A DNA stretch of 63,793 bases, the filler included, from Choristocarpus tenellus KU-1152 (Eukaryota > Protista > Phaeophyceae): assembly GCA_964200185.2 (NCBI GenBank). It is 11 parts of 11 records of this genome, joined end to end, with 100 filler letters (N's around TTAATTAATTAA, not from the genome) between each part and the next. Parts side by side here need not be neighbours in the genome. Positions count along the whole stretch, not along the records: positions 1 to 18,066 come from CAXNAD020000583.1; positions 18,167 to 25,938 come from CAXNAD020005604.1; positions 26,039 to 30,901 come from CAXNAD020012746.1; 8 more parts are not named here. The stretch is one strand, 5' to 3'. The translations under genes were made by a program, and so were the position numbers. Of this stretch, positions 15,201 through 26,154 are shown piece by piece (the first letter of the stretch is position 1; each line of letters starts with the position of its first letter). The notes beneath the pieces are model-generated. The model was not told where the DNA came from. It made no database searches and saw only the letters and a program-made list of their open reading frames with translations.

Positions 15201-17240
15201 AGGTCAGTGGAAAAATGGGAATGGGTTAGGAGTGAGGCAGAAAATATTGATTGTATCATCACCCTCTCAAACACACCCCTAGCCTATCACTCTTTCACTC
15301 CTTGGCATTCTGTGCAAACTATGGTTGTTCCAGGATCCATTCACCCAGATTGTTTGTTCCATGCATATAATCAAGTAATACATATCATGCACATATACTG
15401 GAACATAACTCTAAGCAGAAACAAGTTGGATATTTGTTTGTTCCATGCATATAATCAAGTAGTACATATCGTACACATACATTGGAACATAACTCTAAAC
15501 AGGAACAAGTTGGATCTTGGGGAGTGGTTTGAAACAACCATACAGACCTCAGTCACATCCCATCAAAATATCACCACTTATCTCAAAGATAGAGAATTTT
15601 GAATTTCGTATCTAAAATCAAGTCATAGATCACATTAACCACCCCTTGGATCTTTCCTTGCCTGTACAAGATTGGTTAGAATGACATATTTTAACCAGAG
15701 TAGGTGAGATATCTACGATAGGATTGAACCACTTCTCAGTATCTACTTCCTGAGATCCCCTTGCTGCTCAAGAGTTACATCTTCCCAATCCTTTGGGGAG
15801 AACACACTGCAGCCACCGCAGACTGGGATGATTGTAACGTAAACTGGGATGGGGTCCAGAGACAGGCTTACCAAAATATGAAGATTGAGATGACTTCTTG
15901 GGGACTACACAGGTACATCAACGGGGGTGATGTTGCACGGAACGAGATGGCCAGTGCACTGGTCTCTGATCTTGCCAAGACATTGACATACTACCACACC
16001 ACCGAGGCAAAAGCCTTCCAAGGAAGGGACCACCGCCACTGCCATATAGTGTATTGATAAATCAATATCTCAGCGACGGAAACAAATGAGGACCTTTTCG
16101 GTGACATTAATAGCCTTGCACCCGCCTCTACATAAAATGCGCCCACTGAAAGGTATTGGAGGGTATGCAAAAAAAGTAGCATGGTCAATTTTCCACCAAA
16201 GATGCACTGTAAACAAACCATGCCACCATATGCCCATCCCATCCTAATCTGTCTCAATACTTCCGACCACATGATGCCTACACACACACACCAAAAGCAA
16301 ATGACCAGACGCCTTCCCCATCTCCACTATCCTAATCCAAAAGCTCGGCAATACTTAAATCTCCACAGGGAGACAGACACTCACCGAGTCATCATCCCCC
16401 TCTGTGCTCCGATCAAAGCTTATCCCTGTCCAGTCTCCCACTATACTAGTGCCGGACACCCTTAGGTACGGATCTCCTTCCAGGTCTATACCAGGTACTT
16501 CACGCCTGTTCATAGTTTAAAAAAACATTGGGTGCTGGTCGAAAATGTGAAGAGTGGAGTGGGAGAGTCCATGCCGTACACGCACATCATCTATAAGCTA
16601 GAAGGGTGCCACAATGTCAGGGATACATAGATTGCCTGCATTGTCATGGTTCAACAGTGAGGAAATAGTACAATGTCAACCAACGCACCTACACAGTCTG
16701 ACGCTCCACACCAATCATGGCAAAACTACCAACCTCACGGGGGAGTGAGGCGTGACAAAGTGGTGGCAGTGATGACCTTGGAGGACAACAACAGCCTTCA
16801 ACACCATCTGGTCCATCAACAAACATCGGCAAAAGCTCTCTAATTCTACATACAAACACAAGTCAACTCATTCGATGTATCCTGAATGCCCAACAAATTC
16901 ATGTATGTGCACATGATAGGTGCAATACCTTATGTCACGAGCATGTGTGTGTGTGAGTGTGTGTGAGTGTGTATTGTGCTCTTACGAGGAAACAGAAGAT
17001 CTGTCTATGCACTCAGAGTCCTCACTGTTCTTGACTTCACATATCACATAGTCTTTGGCTGTCGTCATCAAAGAACCCCCAAAGCCAATGCCCTGGTCAT
17101 TCAAATTCAACACACATGAGCAAACACACACAAGAGTGCACAAGCAAAGGATCGTGTGATCATCAAAGGGCAGACAGGGAGGAGAAAGTCAGTGAGGGCA
17201 AGGGGGGGGCATACCATCCAGGAGGATACATCAAATCTTG
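1585..17240 (-). CDS. Multi-exon DOMON - cytochrome b561 - cytochrome b5 - FAD/NAD(P)H oxidoreductase fusion protein (5' incomplete, ~1,130 aa recovered)
   Basis: Hand-spliced GT-AG exons, all phase-compatible, 5'->3': 17240-17215, 17092-16986, 16505-16385, 15065-14827, 14256-14105, 13219-13119, 12462-12331, 10955-10854, 10125-9982, 9718-9530, 8865-8728, 7835-7683, 7379-7212, 6649-6590, 6328-6155, 5810-5696, 5332-5302, 4725-4584, 3973-3410, 2816-2370, 1680-1585 (TAG stop). Motifs in order: SWMGIGFGGSLM..DYVIC..CIDR, GIGQH (DOMON); LHGALLLIAW, WYEAH, HAHLG, VHIWSGR (b561); DVSSFAQRHPGG..RHSEEA (b5); RSYNAF, IRLYADGSMS, QGPF, VMVAAGTGVNPM, LLWQNRSE, GKISQPML, VSGPAGF (FNR/b5R family). A few linker-exon acceptors are best guesses. 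Confidence 0.9.
8820..10030 (-). CDS. Cytochrome b5-like heme-binding domain exons of the fusion protein
   Basis: PIYTTTEFNEK|VLNGRRWIIVDGAVIDVSSFAQRHPGGARLILNAVGTDVTSEI...RHSE|EAIEILKTLVVG. It has the canonical WI..DG.V.DV..F...HPGG...G.D.T and HS..A..L...G motifs. Confidence 0.9.
9156..9208. repeat. (CA)n microsatellite, intronic
   Basis: Uninterrupted AC run. Confidence 0.95.
10854..14930 (-). CDS. Cytochrome b561 transmembrane domain exons of the fusion protein
   Basis: Hydrophobic helices with four canonical His: YALHGALLLIAWLILVPLG, PWYEAHAEAM, SPHAHLGYFMISAVVLQLFTG, KYVHIWSGR. A fifth helix follows (LIFPIWMGFLAFLFLIFEIRK). Confidence 0.85.
11213..11855. repeat. 9-bp-unit minisatellite (~70 units; GATGAATAA / GATGAATGA / GATGGATGA), intronic
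   Basis: Directly visible. It lies between exons 12462-12331 and 10955-10854. Confidence 0.97.
14930..17240 (-). CDS. DOMON domain exons of the fusion protein (N-terminal part missing)
   Basis: Spliced translation RFDVSSWM|GIGFGGSLMTTAKDYVICEVKNSEDSECIDRSSVS|SREVPGIDLEGDPYLRVSGTSIVGDWTGISFDRSTEGDDDS|DYNLLSDIDAGVDTNIIVAWRSGSGIGQHPNSQRLIASLNF matches the DOMON pattern (W.GIGF...M...D, F.R, IIxA..H). Both the Met and His heme ligands are present. Confidence 0.8.
15350..15514. repeat. Tandem duplication of ~83 bp, intronic
   Basis: TTGTTTGTTCCATGCATATAATCAAGTA...AACAAGTTGGAT occurs twice back to back. Confidence 0.9.
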
Positions 17241-18066
17241 CTTGAGATGTAACATATGTATGGGAAGGAATAAATGTCAAGAGCATCATCATTACTGGGC
17301 ACAAGGTGCAAAAGAGACCACACCCAATTCTTTGGTAACACTACGCATCACAATCAAAATCACTCACAAGTTGGAAAACTCTAGCCCTTGCTGGTGTCCT
17401 GCCAAGCACTACGTCTTGAGTTCACATATTGTTGCATTCAGAGGACAATGTCTCCTAACAATACTTGCAAGGCAATGGGTTTTATCTTTATGCAAAGATG
17501 TTCCTAAGTCTCGCGCTTGCCAAATAGGGCCAACAATACATTTCCACCTACTTCATAGTAGGCGTGCACAGACATCACGCCTAGGCTGCAAAAAAGAGCA
17601 AGAGGATGTGCGTTCAAAACTATGGATAAAGCACTCCACAATAACAAGTCACATTGACTAGAGCCTCTTAACCCCTTCCAAAAAAATACATTACAAATCT
17701 TTGTGTTTTGACTACCTCTATCAAGAGTCACAAACAAAAAACCTACCACAACACAGATAATCTCTTACAGCACAACTCTGCCCATTCTTGCGATGCAAAT
17801 TTGGTTATACTATTGTTATGTACATACCTCTTTCATCCACAAGTGTGTCTTGTTGAAGCCAGTCAAATCACATCAAGGGTAAAAATGAATCCTTCACAAT
17901 TTATTACAAACAGGTAATGCAAACATCGTTACCCCAAAAACCAGGTGGGCAGGAGCAGACTCCTCGGTGTTGAAGAGAGGTAGAGGGGCCTCCCTCTCCC
18001 CCCCCCCTACCTCTCAGCTACAATGTCCTGCCCCCCCTCACTTGCCACAACTTGATCGCCACCCTG

Positions 18067-18166
18067 NNNNNNNNNNNNNNNNNNNNNNNNNNNNNNNNNN
18101 NNNNNNNNNNTTAATTAATTAANNNNNNNNNNNNNNNNNNNNNNNNNNNNNNNNNNNNNNNNNNNN
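18067..18166. other. Artificial contig linker (N44-TTAATTAATTAA-N44); also at 25939-26038, 30902-31001, 33673-33772, 37186-37285, 40787-40886, 45532-45631, 51296-51395, 54687-54786, 58496-58595
   Basis: The same 100-nt spacer, with stops in all six frames, recurs 10 times. Confidence 0.98.
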
Positions 18167-20337
18167 GGCGTCTTGAAGAATGGGCGGTGTGTATTGAGAG
18201 CCGAGTATGCATTTTTGTTGTGGCGGATGTTTATAACTGCCTTCTGCGATGGCAGCGACAACATGTGTTCAGTTTAATACATGATGTTTTCAGAGCCTTC
18301 CAAACAACGGTTTATACACAATAAACGAACAACAGAATAAATAGTTAGTGGGTTATTGCACCTCCCACCATCTCAAAATTCATTAACAGACACAAACAGA
18401 GTGGAGAACGAAGCGCCATACACAGCAAAAAGGGGTACATGCACCTCCTCCCCTCTCAAAGTAGCTGTTTGTACTTGTCCAGAAACAGGTGTCCCATGGT
18501 CTTTGTTTTACACTCCTGCATCAAGTTGGACATTCTGCTTGGGAAAAAATAGGCAAGGTTCGCTGAGGGTCTGTTGGCTGGCCCTGGCAGTGAACCTCTG
18601 ATGGTGTCCAAGAGAAAAGTGAAGATCCCCATGTGGTTAGGATAAAGCTGGTGGTACACAGGGGAAAGAATAGCCTGAATGAGGATTACACAAGGACTTG
18701 ATACTATGTCCCCTTACTGGGGACATTTGCGTTTGAAGGGAAAGAATGAGGGTTAGGATGGACCCTGATTTGTCACAACTTTCTATATTTACGAAATATT
18801 GTGTTGAATTGAATATAGCCACGTAGTATACAACATGTGCCTTGTAGAATTTGAAGGAATTAGTGCAGTAAAGGATCTTGACCCGTCTTAAGTTTTCACA
18901 TTTCTGGAATGCTCCACAATATGGGTTTTGAAAGGAGTGTATCAGTTTATCTTCTCTAAGCGCCCTGAATTGCAGGCAGCCCCTTCACCCAGCAAGCCAT
19001 GAGCACACTTGGAGTCCTTCAAGATGAAGAGCCATTGTAACCTCGAGGAAGGTCGATTTAGGCATTTTTGAGTATGAAGAGGTTATAAATCTTCTGGCGG
19101 ACACCCCCATTCCCATTCCCGAAATGTAGCTAACCCTCACCAGGAGGCTGCAGTTGTAGAAGAGGAGATGAACATCCACACAACCACAAAATCGACCTCC
19201 AGAGTACTGGGACCACATATATCAGAAGGCAGACATATACACGCCCCTTATACCCGAAAGCACCCCCCTCTACAATACAATAACTTGAACATTACCTTGT
19301 GACCTGTGTCAAACTGCCCCCTGTGACATGAGCTCTGTTTTATGTTCCACTCTGTAGCATCCTTCTGGTGAATTGTGAAGGGCACGAACCCTGACCTGGC
19401 ATATCTGAAACCTCCATTGCAAAATGCAAATATTGCCCATCTCTAGCTGCCTCCCCTTCCTCGGCAACTGACCACAATGTGTTTCATACTACTAGTGCTG
19501 CAGATGAACTTGGAGGGCAGTCTCTTTCAAGGGAGAGGACGTGAGTGCCTACCCACGGCCACAAGTTGATGAGGCAACAGGTACACTGCGTGCCAAAGCA
19601 AGATCTCTCGAAGTAGGCCACCATGATATAGGCCTGGTCACCACAATCGTGAGTGATAAGGAGGTCCATGGACTTGATGCATTGAAACATGGGGGCATGT
19701 GGATCATGTAACCTCAATGATGTTCCGCAGTTGACCTCGTTTTCGCGGTATGAGCACTAACACCTACCATCTGAATGGGAGTAAGGAAGAAAGGGACTGA
19801 TGAGGCCTTGTGTCGTACGTTGTCTTTGTCAGTTCACACCTGCAAAAGAAATTCTCTCAGATGAACAAGGCATCATATTGAAACGTAGGCTGCTCTAGTT
19901 GACCAAAAATAGTTACAGTTCAGGATATTCACCTGATTGTGATTGTCTTGGGTCATTATACTGTCCACTCAGAGCGTGACTATGAAGATGCTCCAACCTC
20001 TGTGATATACATACGCATAGAGTATGAACATGTTGATGTATTTATTCCCTTTGGTAGTTTGTTGTTACTATTCATTGAATGGTACGCGTGCATGGCCGAC
20101 ACAAGTTTGATAGCCGACAATCACCAATGAGTTATAGTTGCGCAAGTATGGCAAAGAAGTTTGAAGAGAAAAAGCTGAGTATACGTACTATCTACGAAGG
20201 GTGACAAAGAGAAATCTAGGTGAAATGCACTAACACCCAATACATGGGATAAGGCTTCTATAGGGCTATCACACATCACCTGGTCTTATGGGAAAGGGGA
20301 GGGTAAGAAAGGAAGTTTAGGGTCGCATTAGGTCCCA

Positions 20338-20595
20338 GAGTGAAAGTATATTAGAGGGTACAAATTTTGCCCTGTTTGTACATTTGGGGCTTGACTTCCC
20401 ATGGGGGTTTTTTAAGACATTTTCCTACTCCAAAATGTTTCGGAATAGGTAAAGTGTGTATGTTATGAAAAGGTGTGTCCGGAACAAGGATACTGACGCT
20501 TCCTAACAAACACGATAGCCAAAATTACATCAAAATCGCAACATTGGACTTTGACCCCAAATGGACGTGGCCCTACCCTCTAAGATACTTTGGAT
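20338..20595 (+). mobile_element. MITE family A copy (right tip degenerate)
   Basis: GAGTGAAAGTATATTAGAGGGTA...TACCCTCTAAGATACTTTGG. The body matches the other copies. Confidence 0.85.
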
Positions 20596-20852
20596 GGCCA
20601 TCCAATCCAAACACCACTCATCATATGTGACACAAAGGAAAGAAAGAGGGGACAAGGAAAGATAAACCCCAAAGGAGATGGGCAGCGAGAAAAGAAGCAT
20701 TCAGCAGATAGTTATGAGTGTGCGCGTACCCTGTTCTGCTTGGTTTGCTGGTTCAGCATGATGTGTACATGAGCTATGTTGGATTCCCTGGAATGTCACT
20801 GTTGCATTAAATCAGTCGTTCCATCAACAACACACTCATACCACCTGTGTGG

Positions 20853-21108
20853 GTGTGTCAAAGCATTTAAGAGGGTAGGAGTTTTGCCCTGTTTATCCGT
20901 TTGGGGCTTGGCTTCACATGGGGTTTTTTGTCCTTATTCGGTTTTCTGTGCGAACACGGTTACCTAAAATGTATACGACTATGAAAGGTGTGTCCGAAGC
21001 AAGAATATTGACACTTGTTGACAAACATTATGGTCAATATTCATAAATATCGCAACATTGGATTTATGATCCTGAACAGATGCAGCCCTACCCTCTTAAA
21101 TGTTATGG
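20853..21108 (+). mobile_element. Divergent MITE family A copy
   Basis: Same body (GTTTTGCCCTGTTT..GGGGCTTGGCTTC..GGTGTGTCCG..CGCAACATTGGA). The TIR variant is CATTTAAGAGGGTAGG / CCTACCCTCTTAAATG. Confidence 0.75.
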
Positions 21109-22103
21109 GTTGGTTTGTTGCTCGTGTTCTCCATCCCTCAACCGTGAACCTAAACTTCTCGATGTCTTCTCTCAGGCACATATGCCTGTATATCTTGGAT
21201 GTCAAAGTTCCAAAATCTTACAGCTTTGTCTTCAATGGAGAGTGAGTACATAACCCTTAGAGTGTGGCACAAGAGTTGCTTGTAATCGTTATGAGATTCG
21301 TTCAGTCACAGTTTCCTCAGCATTGCATTGATATTTCTGAGGATAATAATGGAGCACGTAAGCTGGTACTGTATGACACCAGTTCAACTAGGAACATGCA
21401 CATTGATATCCGACACCATTCTTTGAGGGACTTAGCAATGAAGCGTAAGATGCATGTTTTTTGTTGGAAAATGCCTGTGAAAGTTTTCAGACAACATGTG
21501 AGGTTTTTGATGAACGCATTGGAGTATTTCATGTATGTGTGTATTTATTTATTTTTTTAAGATTGTGGTGCTTATGATTTTCAGCAAGGAAGGATGTCAC
21601 AGTAACCAGTGTTCTGCTTATTGAAGGTTCAAAATAAAACTAGAACTTAGCAGTTCAAAATTGCGAGTTACTATATTTCTAGTGAATTTGCCTATACTAT
21701 CGTGTTCTGCTTACGTTTTGTGTATTGGCACAAGAATGAAACATAGCGTAACGGTTTCATGTACGTTGTTTATGGTGTGTTCGATACGACTCATAGTAGT
21801 ACCGTGCATAGTGGTATGGTGAGTCAGATGTGTTGCTATGTCAGCTGATGCCATGCCACAGGGTCATCAACCCCTTAATTAATACATTTTTAGTCCATGT
21901 TCAACCCATATACCCAACAGCAGTTCTTGGCGACAAGTGTTCATACACGACCAAGAGAGCTTTATGATAATCTGTGCAATGGATAAGATTATTATTGGTT
22001 TGCTGAGAGCACTGTATGTCACCAAGCAAGCACAAGGTTTAATTAACATGGTTTCTCGGTATATGTTAGGAGGAGTGTTATTCTGAGTAGTGCAGAGCAG
22101 ATC

Positions 22104-22557
22104 TGTTACAGCACGCTCCAGAAGCTTACCTCCACAGGATGTATAGCTCCAATCCACAAGCCTGTTGCTGATGCCCGTACAAGGCTCCCAGGATACTCCA
22201 ACAGTCAAGGGGGTCCAATCCACAGGATAATGAACGTCAGCTCAGCAGAACAGGGATACTCTTAATGAACCAATAAACATGAATTTGAGAATTGGTATCA
22301 GTTTTGAGTGAGTATTGGGGGTGCTTGAGCCATTTGGGATCTGAGCTGTTTTAGGGTCTCTTATCATTTACCGTTTGTTTCTTTGGTTCACAGACGTTGG
22401 AGTACATCTGAGAATTGTTGCAACCTTCCAAAGCTACAGATTTTATTCTACAACTTTTAGCAAATCAGAGTTCCCCCTTTTGGGGGTTCCACACGCGAGT
22501 ACAGTGCTCACGCTGATTGAAGCGCAGGAAGAAATAGTCACGTATTCGCCTGTAACA
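22104..22557 (-). mobile_element. LTR (3' LTR of a minus-strand Ty3/gypsy-like element) with adjacent polypurine tract at 22558-22568
   Basis: TGTTACAG...CTGTAACA termini. CTGGGGGGGCA abuts the TG on the minus strand. Both ends have homologues in contig 5 (35673+ and 34833-34929). Confidence 0.7.
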
Positions 22558-22691
22558 TGCCCCCCAGCATGACCTAGGTACACATATTTCACGCTTACCA
22601 CAGGCGATTATCATCGGTTAAGACGATAGATATCATCCGTCACCTCAGATCGTGCTGCAGCAGCACGTATTGGCTGCTATTAAATGACAGA

Positions 22692-22805
22692 GGGGCTCCA
22701 GTTCCAGACTTACCAGTTGTTGCCAACACAGGGACTCCAGTTCCAAATTAATCAGTTGTTTCCGACACAGGGGCTCCAGTTCAAAATTAACCAGTTGTTT
22801 CCAAC
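22692..22805. repeat. 39-bp tandem repeat x3
   Basis: GGGCTCCAGTTCCA(G/A)A.TTA.CAGTTGTT.CC.ACACAG units. Confidence 0.85.
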
Positions 22806-24199
22806 AATGATCAACATATCTCCTAGTTTCTTTTGGGAATGAACCCTCAAAAGTCTGAAGACACCATTAGAATCAATAAATGTCTGACCCAATCAGAGTA
22901 TATACTTTAAAAAATATATATACTCCAACTAGGTCCAGAATCGATCAACATATATCCTTGTTTTCCTTGGGATAATTTATCCCGAGACACAGAATACCTT
23001 CAGAGTCAGTTTGCATCTAGCCTAATCTGAGTATATACTTGCTCCTTCTGAAATGCACCTTTAAAAGTTATAAAGCATACATCTCTGAAATGGCTTAGAA
23101 TAATGGGTCCCCAGTTCCGATCTCCCTAATCACAAATGTGAGGATTTATATCGATGTTCCCTCTGAAACTGTCTTTGAGGTCACAGGATACGATCTCATT
23201 TAAATTGTATCTGGCCTAATCCGAGTATGCACTTGTTCCTTCTGAACTGGACCTTCAAAAGTTACAAAATGCATAGTTCTGAATAGGCCTACAATTAATG
23301 GATCCTCCATTCCAATCTTCCCAGTTACAAATGCAAGTGCTATCGAGGAATAGACTTATACTATTCATCACCTACTCGACATCTGATTATTGCCTATCTG
23401 ATACCCCCCAAGCACGAAGCATACTCAATACTGCTAGTGCGTAAAACAGGTAATGAAAATAAAAGAGAAGAAATAATAATGATAATAAAGAGAAATAAGC
23501 AAAGAAAAAAATCGGTGGATAATGAGAGTAACAAAAAATGGGAAAAATGAAGTGAAAAAAATAATTTAAAAATATTAAAAAGATGGTGGGATCAGAAGAA
23601 AATAAATAAATAAATAAAGTGTAAGAAATTATTTAAAAAGAAAATAATTGAAGATTCAGTATCACAAAAAGCAGTTACAAAAAATAGAAAAGAGGGGAAA
23701 ATAAAAAGTATGTTATTGGTTACATTTTTTTTTTGAAGGCTACAGACTATGTAAAAGCCATATATATGTATTACTGTATGATCTGATGTGGGCAGCTTCT
23801 TGGTTCCAACTTCTGCTATCCTACGTTCCTTTCAGTAACTATGACTATCAATGCCTTATTCCCTTGTTCTGGAATGCACCAGCTCACCTTGTCTTTCGGG
23901 TATACAGTTGTTACCTTCTGGAAGGTCTCCCAGAGAAGCCAGTCAAAACCTGGACCTGTGCACCACCTGTCTCTTCCTCCTTCATCCTTCAGCAGCTTTT
24001 TGACACTGGCACCATAGGGAGGAGACGTAACACATCCTCTAGGGGTAAGAGTTTTTCTTAGGCGGGAACATTGGTTGGGTGTGGTCTTGTGTTAGGACTG
24101 TAAAGGTCCTGGAAGGCATAATATATACATCCAACTGTAGTGAGGTAAAGCTGTTGTTATCCAGTCTGAAAACTATCTTATAACTTTCCTCTGTACTAC

Positions 24200-25918
24200 A
24201 ATGCCATCTGTTGAGGTCTGACAAGGGTATACTGCTACTGGAGGATATGGGTGTTGGAACTCTGACAAAAGGTACACACGGTGACTGTGGGGATGGTCAG
24301 AAGCCTTGACCTTCTCTAAGTGACAGTATGCTCTGGTGTTGTGTACAAAATGTTGCTCCTAAAATCATTTCATAAGGCAGCCCCACCACTATTCCAAATG
24401 CCATATTTCGCACTTTATCCTCTGGAAGAAACACTATTTGAAGTTTGCATGACCCCAATACCTGCATTGGTGGAATATTGCACCCTCTGGGTTTTGGTGC
24501 ATGTAGGGTATCTTGCCTGCTATGTTGAGATGTGGTAAGCCATTGCCACCCCCCCAAAGGGCAGTACTGAGCGAAATTATCTTAGAGGGTACGAGTTTCT
24601 CCCTGTTTGTCCATTTGGGACTTGGCTTCCCTCGGGGTTCTTATGACATTTTCCTACTCCAAAATATTTCGGAGAAGGTAAAATGTACACGTTATTAGAA
24701 GGTGTGTCAGGAACAAGGATGTAGACACTTCCTAACAAACACGATAGCCAAAATTATATCGAAATCACAGCAATGGATTTAGGCTTCCACATGGACGCAG
24801 CTCTACCCTCTAAGATACTTTGGCTCTACTGCGCCAAAAAACAGACGAGACGTGATTCCCCCCTCCTCCATCTGTGTCAAGGAGTACCTGGACAGGCGTT
24901 CTCAGGTGGACTTTGCGTGGACGCCCTAGCAGGGCATAACAATACTTGACTAGTACGCTGGGCAGGTGTCATGGCGAATATTATCGAGGTGGGAATGGGA
25001 GTCTTACTGTCTATAGTTGAAATGACAGGGATCCCTGGAGCTTCAGACCCCAGGGCGCACCTTCAAGACAATTCTGATGCTTCTGAATCGGTCCGATCTT
25101 CTCATGAATATTGGAGAATGTTCTGAGTCTTGCATCACTGTGAGGTATTTAAGATGGGTGGTTGTTAAGGCTACCACCGTATATGACTCTTCAGTAGATT
25201 TAGTGCCTTGAGATTCGTGGGAAGGTCTCGAGAGATTTAAGAAGTATCCCTAGGGGACTACAGAGTCGTCATGTGCATACCTGCCTGCACTCACTGATTA
25301 TAGACCTGAAGCAATCTCGACCATAGGCACGATGGAAGCAAACCTGATGTGTTTTTAGCCACGCAACGACTTCATCTTGGGAGGCGGACGATGGAGGTAA
25401 GTCCATACCCGAGTAGTGTCGACTTGTATCGCTCGCCCTGTCTGTGGCTGAGGAAGGCGGGGATCAAACCAAAGGCTGGGGAGTGGGTGTGATGGGTCGA
25501 ACGGGTGCGGATGCATTGCTTTTAGGAACAAATTAGATCCCGTTTTTCTCAGGAACAGAAGCAGGTTGGCTGGTCAAGGCAGCACAGACAGCGGATGAGG
25601 GGTTCTGGGCTAAAACAGGTTAAAGCATTGGTGTGAGGGCTGCCATTACACTGTTGACAACCTCTTCATGTGGCAGCGAAGTTTTGCTTGGTACCTCTTC
25701 TTGCATGGGAGTCCTGTTCTGGTGGGGTAGACCCAGTTTGTGCCTGATGATCGGGGTTTCGGCTGAGGCGGAAAGAGGGCGTGCCATGTTTGCAAACATA
25801 ACGCGTGCATCGGCCATGCTACCTAAAGCAGTGTGAGTCTTATCCTTGTGCAATACAGCTTTTGCAGCATGTGGATTGGTTGGGATAAATTCACACTGGT
25901 CACTTTGGTTGGACAGTT
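24200..25918 (-). pseudogene. Decayed Ty3/gypsy gag-protease region interrupted by a MITE
   Basis: PVQVLLDTDGGGG (degenerate DTG) at ~24850-24900 and FGIVVGLPYEMILGATF (retropepsin ILG motif) at 24297-24470. Frameshifts and stops are present. Confidence 0.6.
24569..24826 (+). mobile_element. MITE family A, full copy, 4-bp TSD TACT
   Basis: tact|GAGCGAAATTATCTTAGAGGGTA...TACCCTCTAAGATACTTTGGCTC|tact. Confidence 0.92.
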
Positions 25919-26038
25919 GGGTCAAAGTATTTGGGGGGNNNNNNNNNNNNNNNNNNNNNNNNNNNNNNNNNNNNNNNNNNNNTTAATTAATTAANNNNNN
26001 NNNNNNNNNNNNNNNNNNNNNNNNNNNNNNNNNNNNNN

Positions 26039-26096
26039 TTTTTTTCTCAAACAAGCGCCGGCCCGGTGTTGTGGGGGGCGGGGGGTCGGCGCGGGT

Positions 26097-26140
<44 letters not shown>

Positions 26141-26154
26141 AGATACTTTGACCC
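26039..26154. mobile_element. MITE family B end (poly-C + AGATACTTTGACCC); a similar tip lies at 25919-25938
   Basis: Terminus is the reverse complement of GGGTCAAAGTATCTGGGGG, seen in other copies. Confidence 0.7.

Noticed and set aside
17340-18066. Further upstream exons of the fusion gene (e.g. QGGDQVVASEGGQDIVAE|gt at 18066-18011)
   Set aside because: Plausible, but I could not build a phase-consistent path to exon 17240, so they were left out of the model.
18111-18122. Recurrent TTAATTAATTAA motif and ORFs running into X/LIN
   Set aside because: Artificial contig linker. Gene neighbourhoods across linkers were not interpreted.
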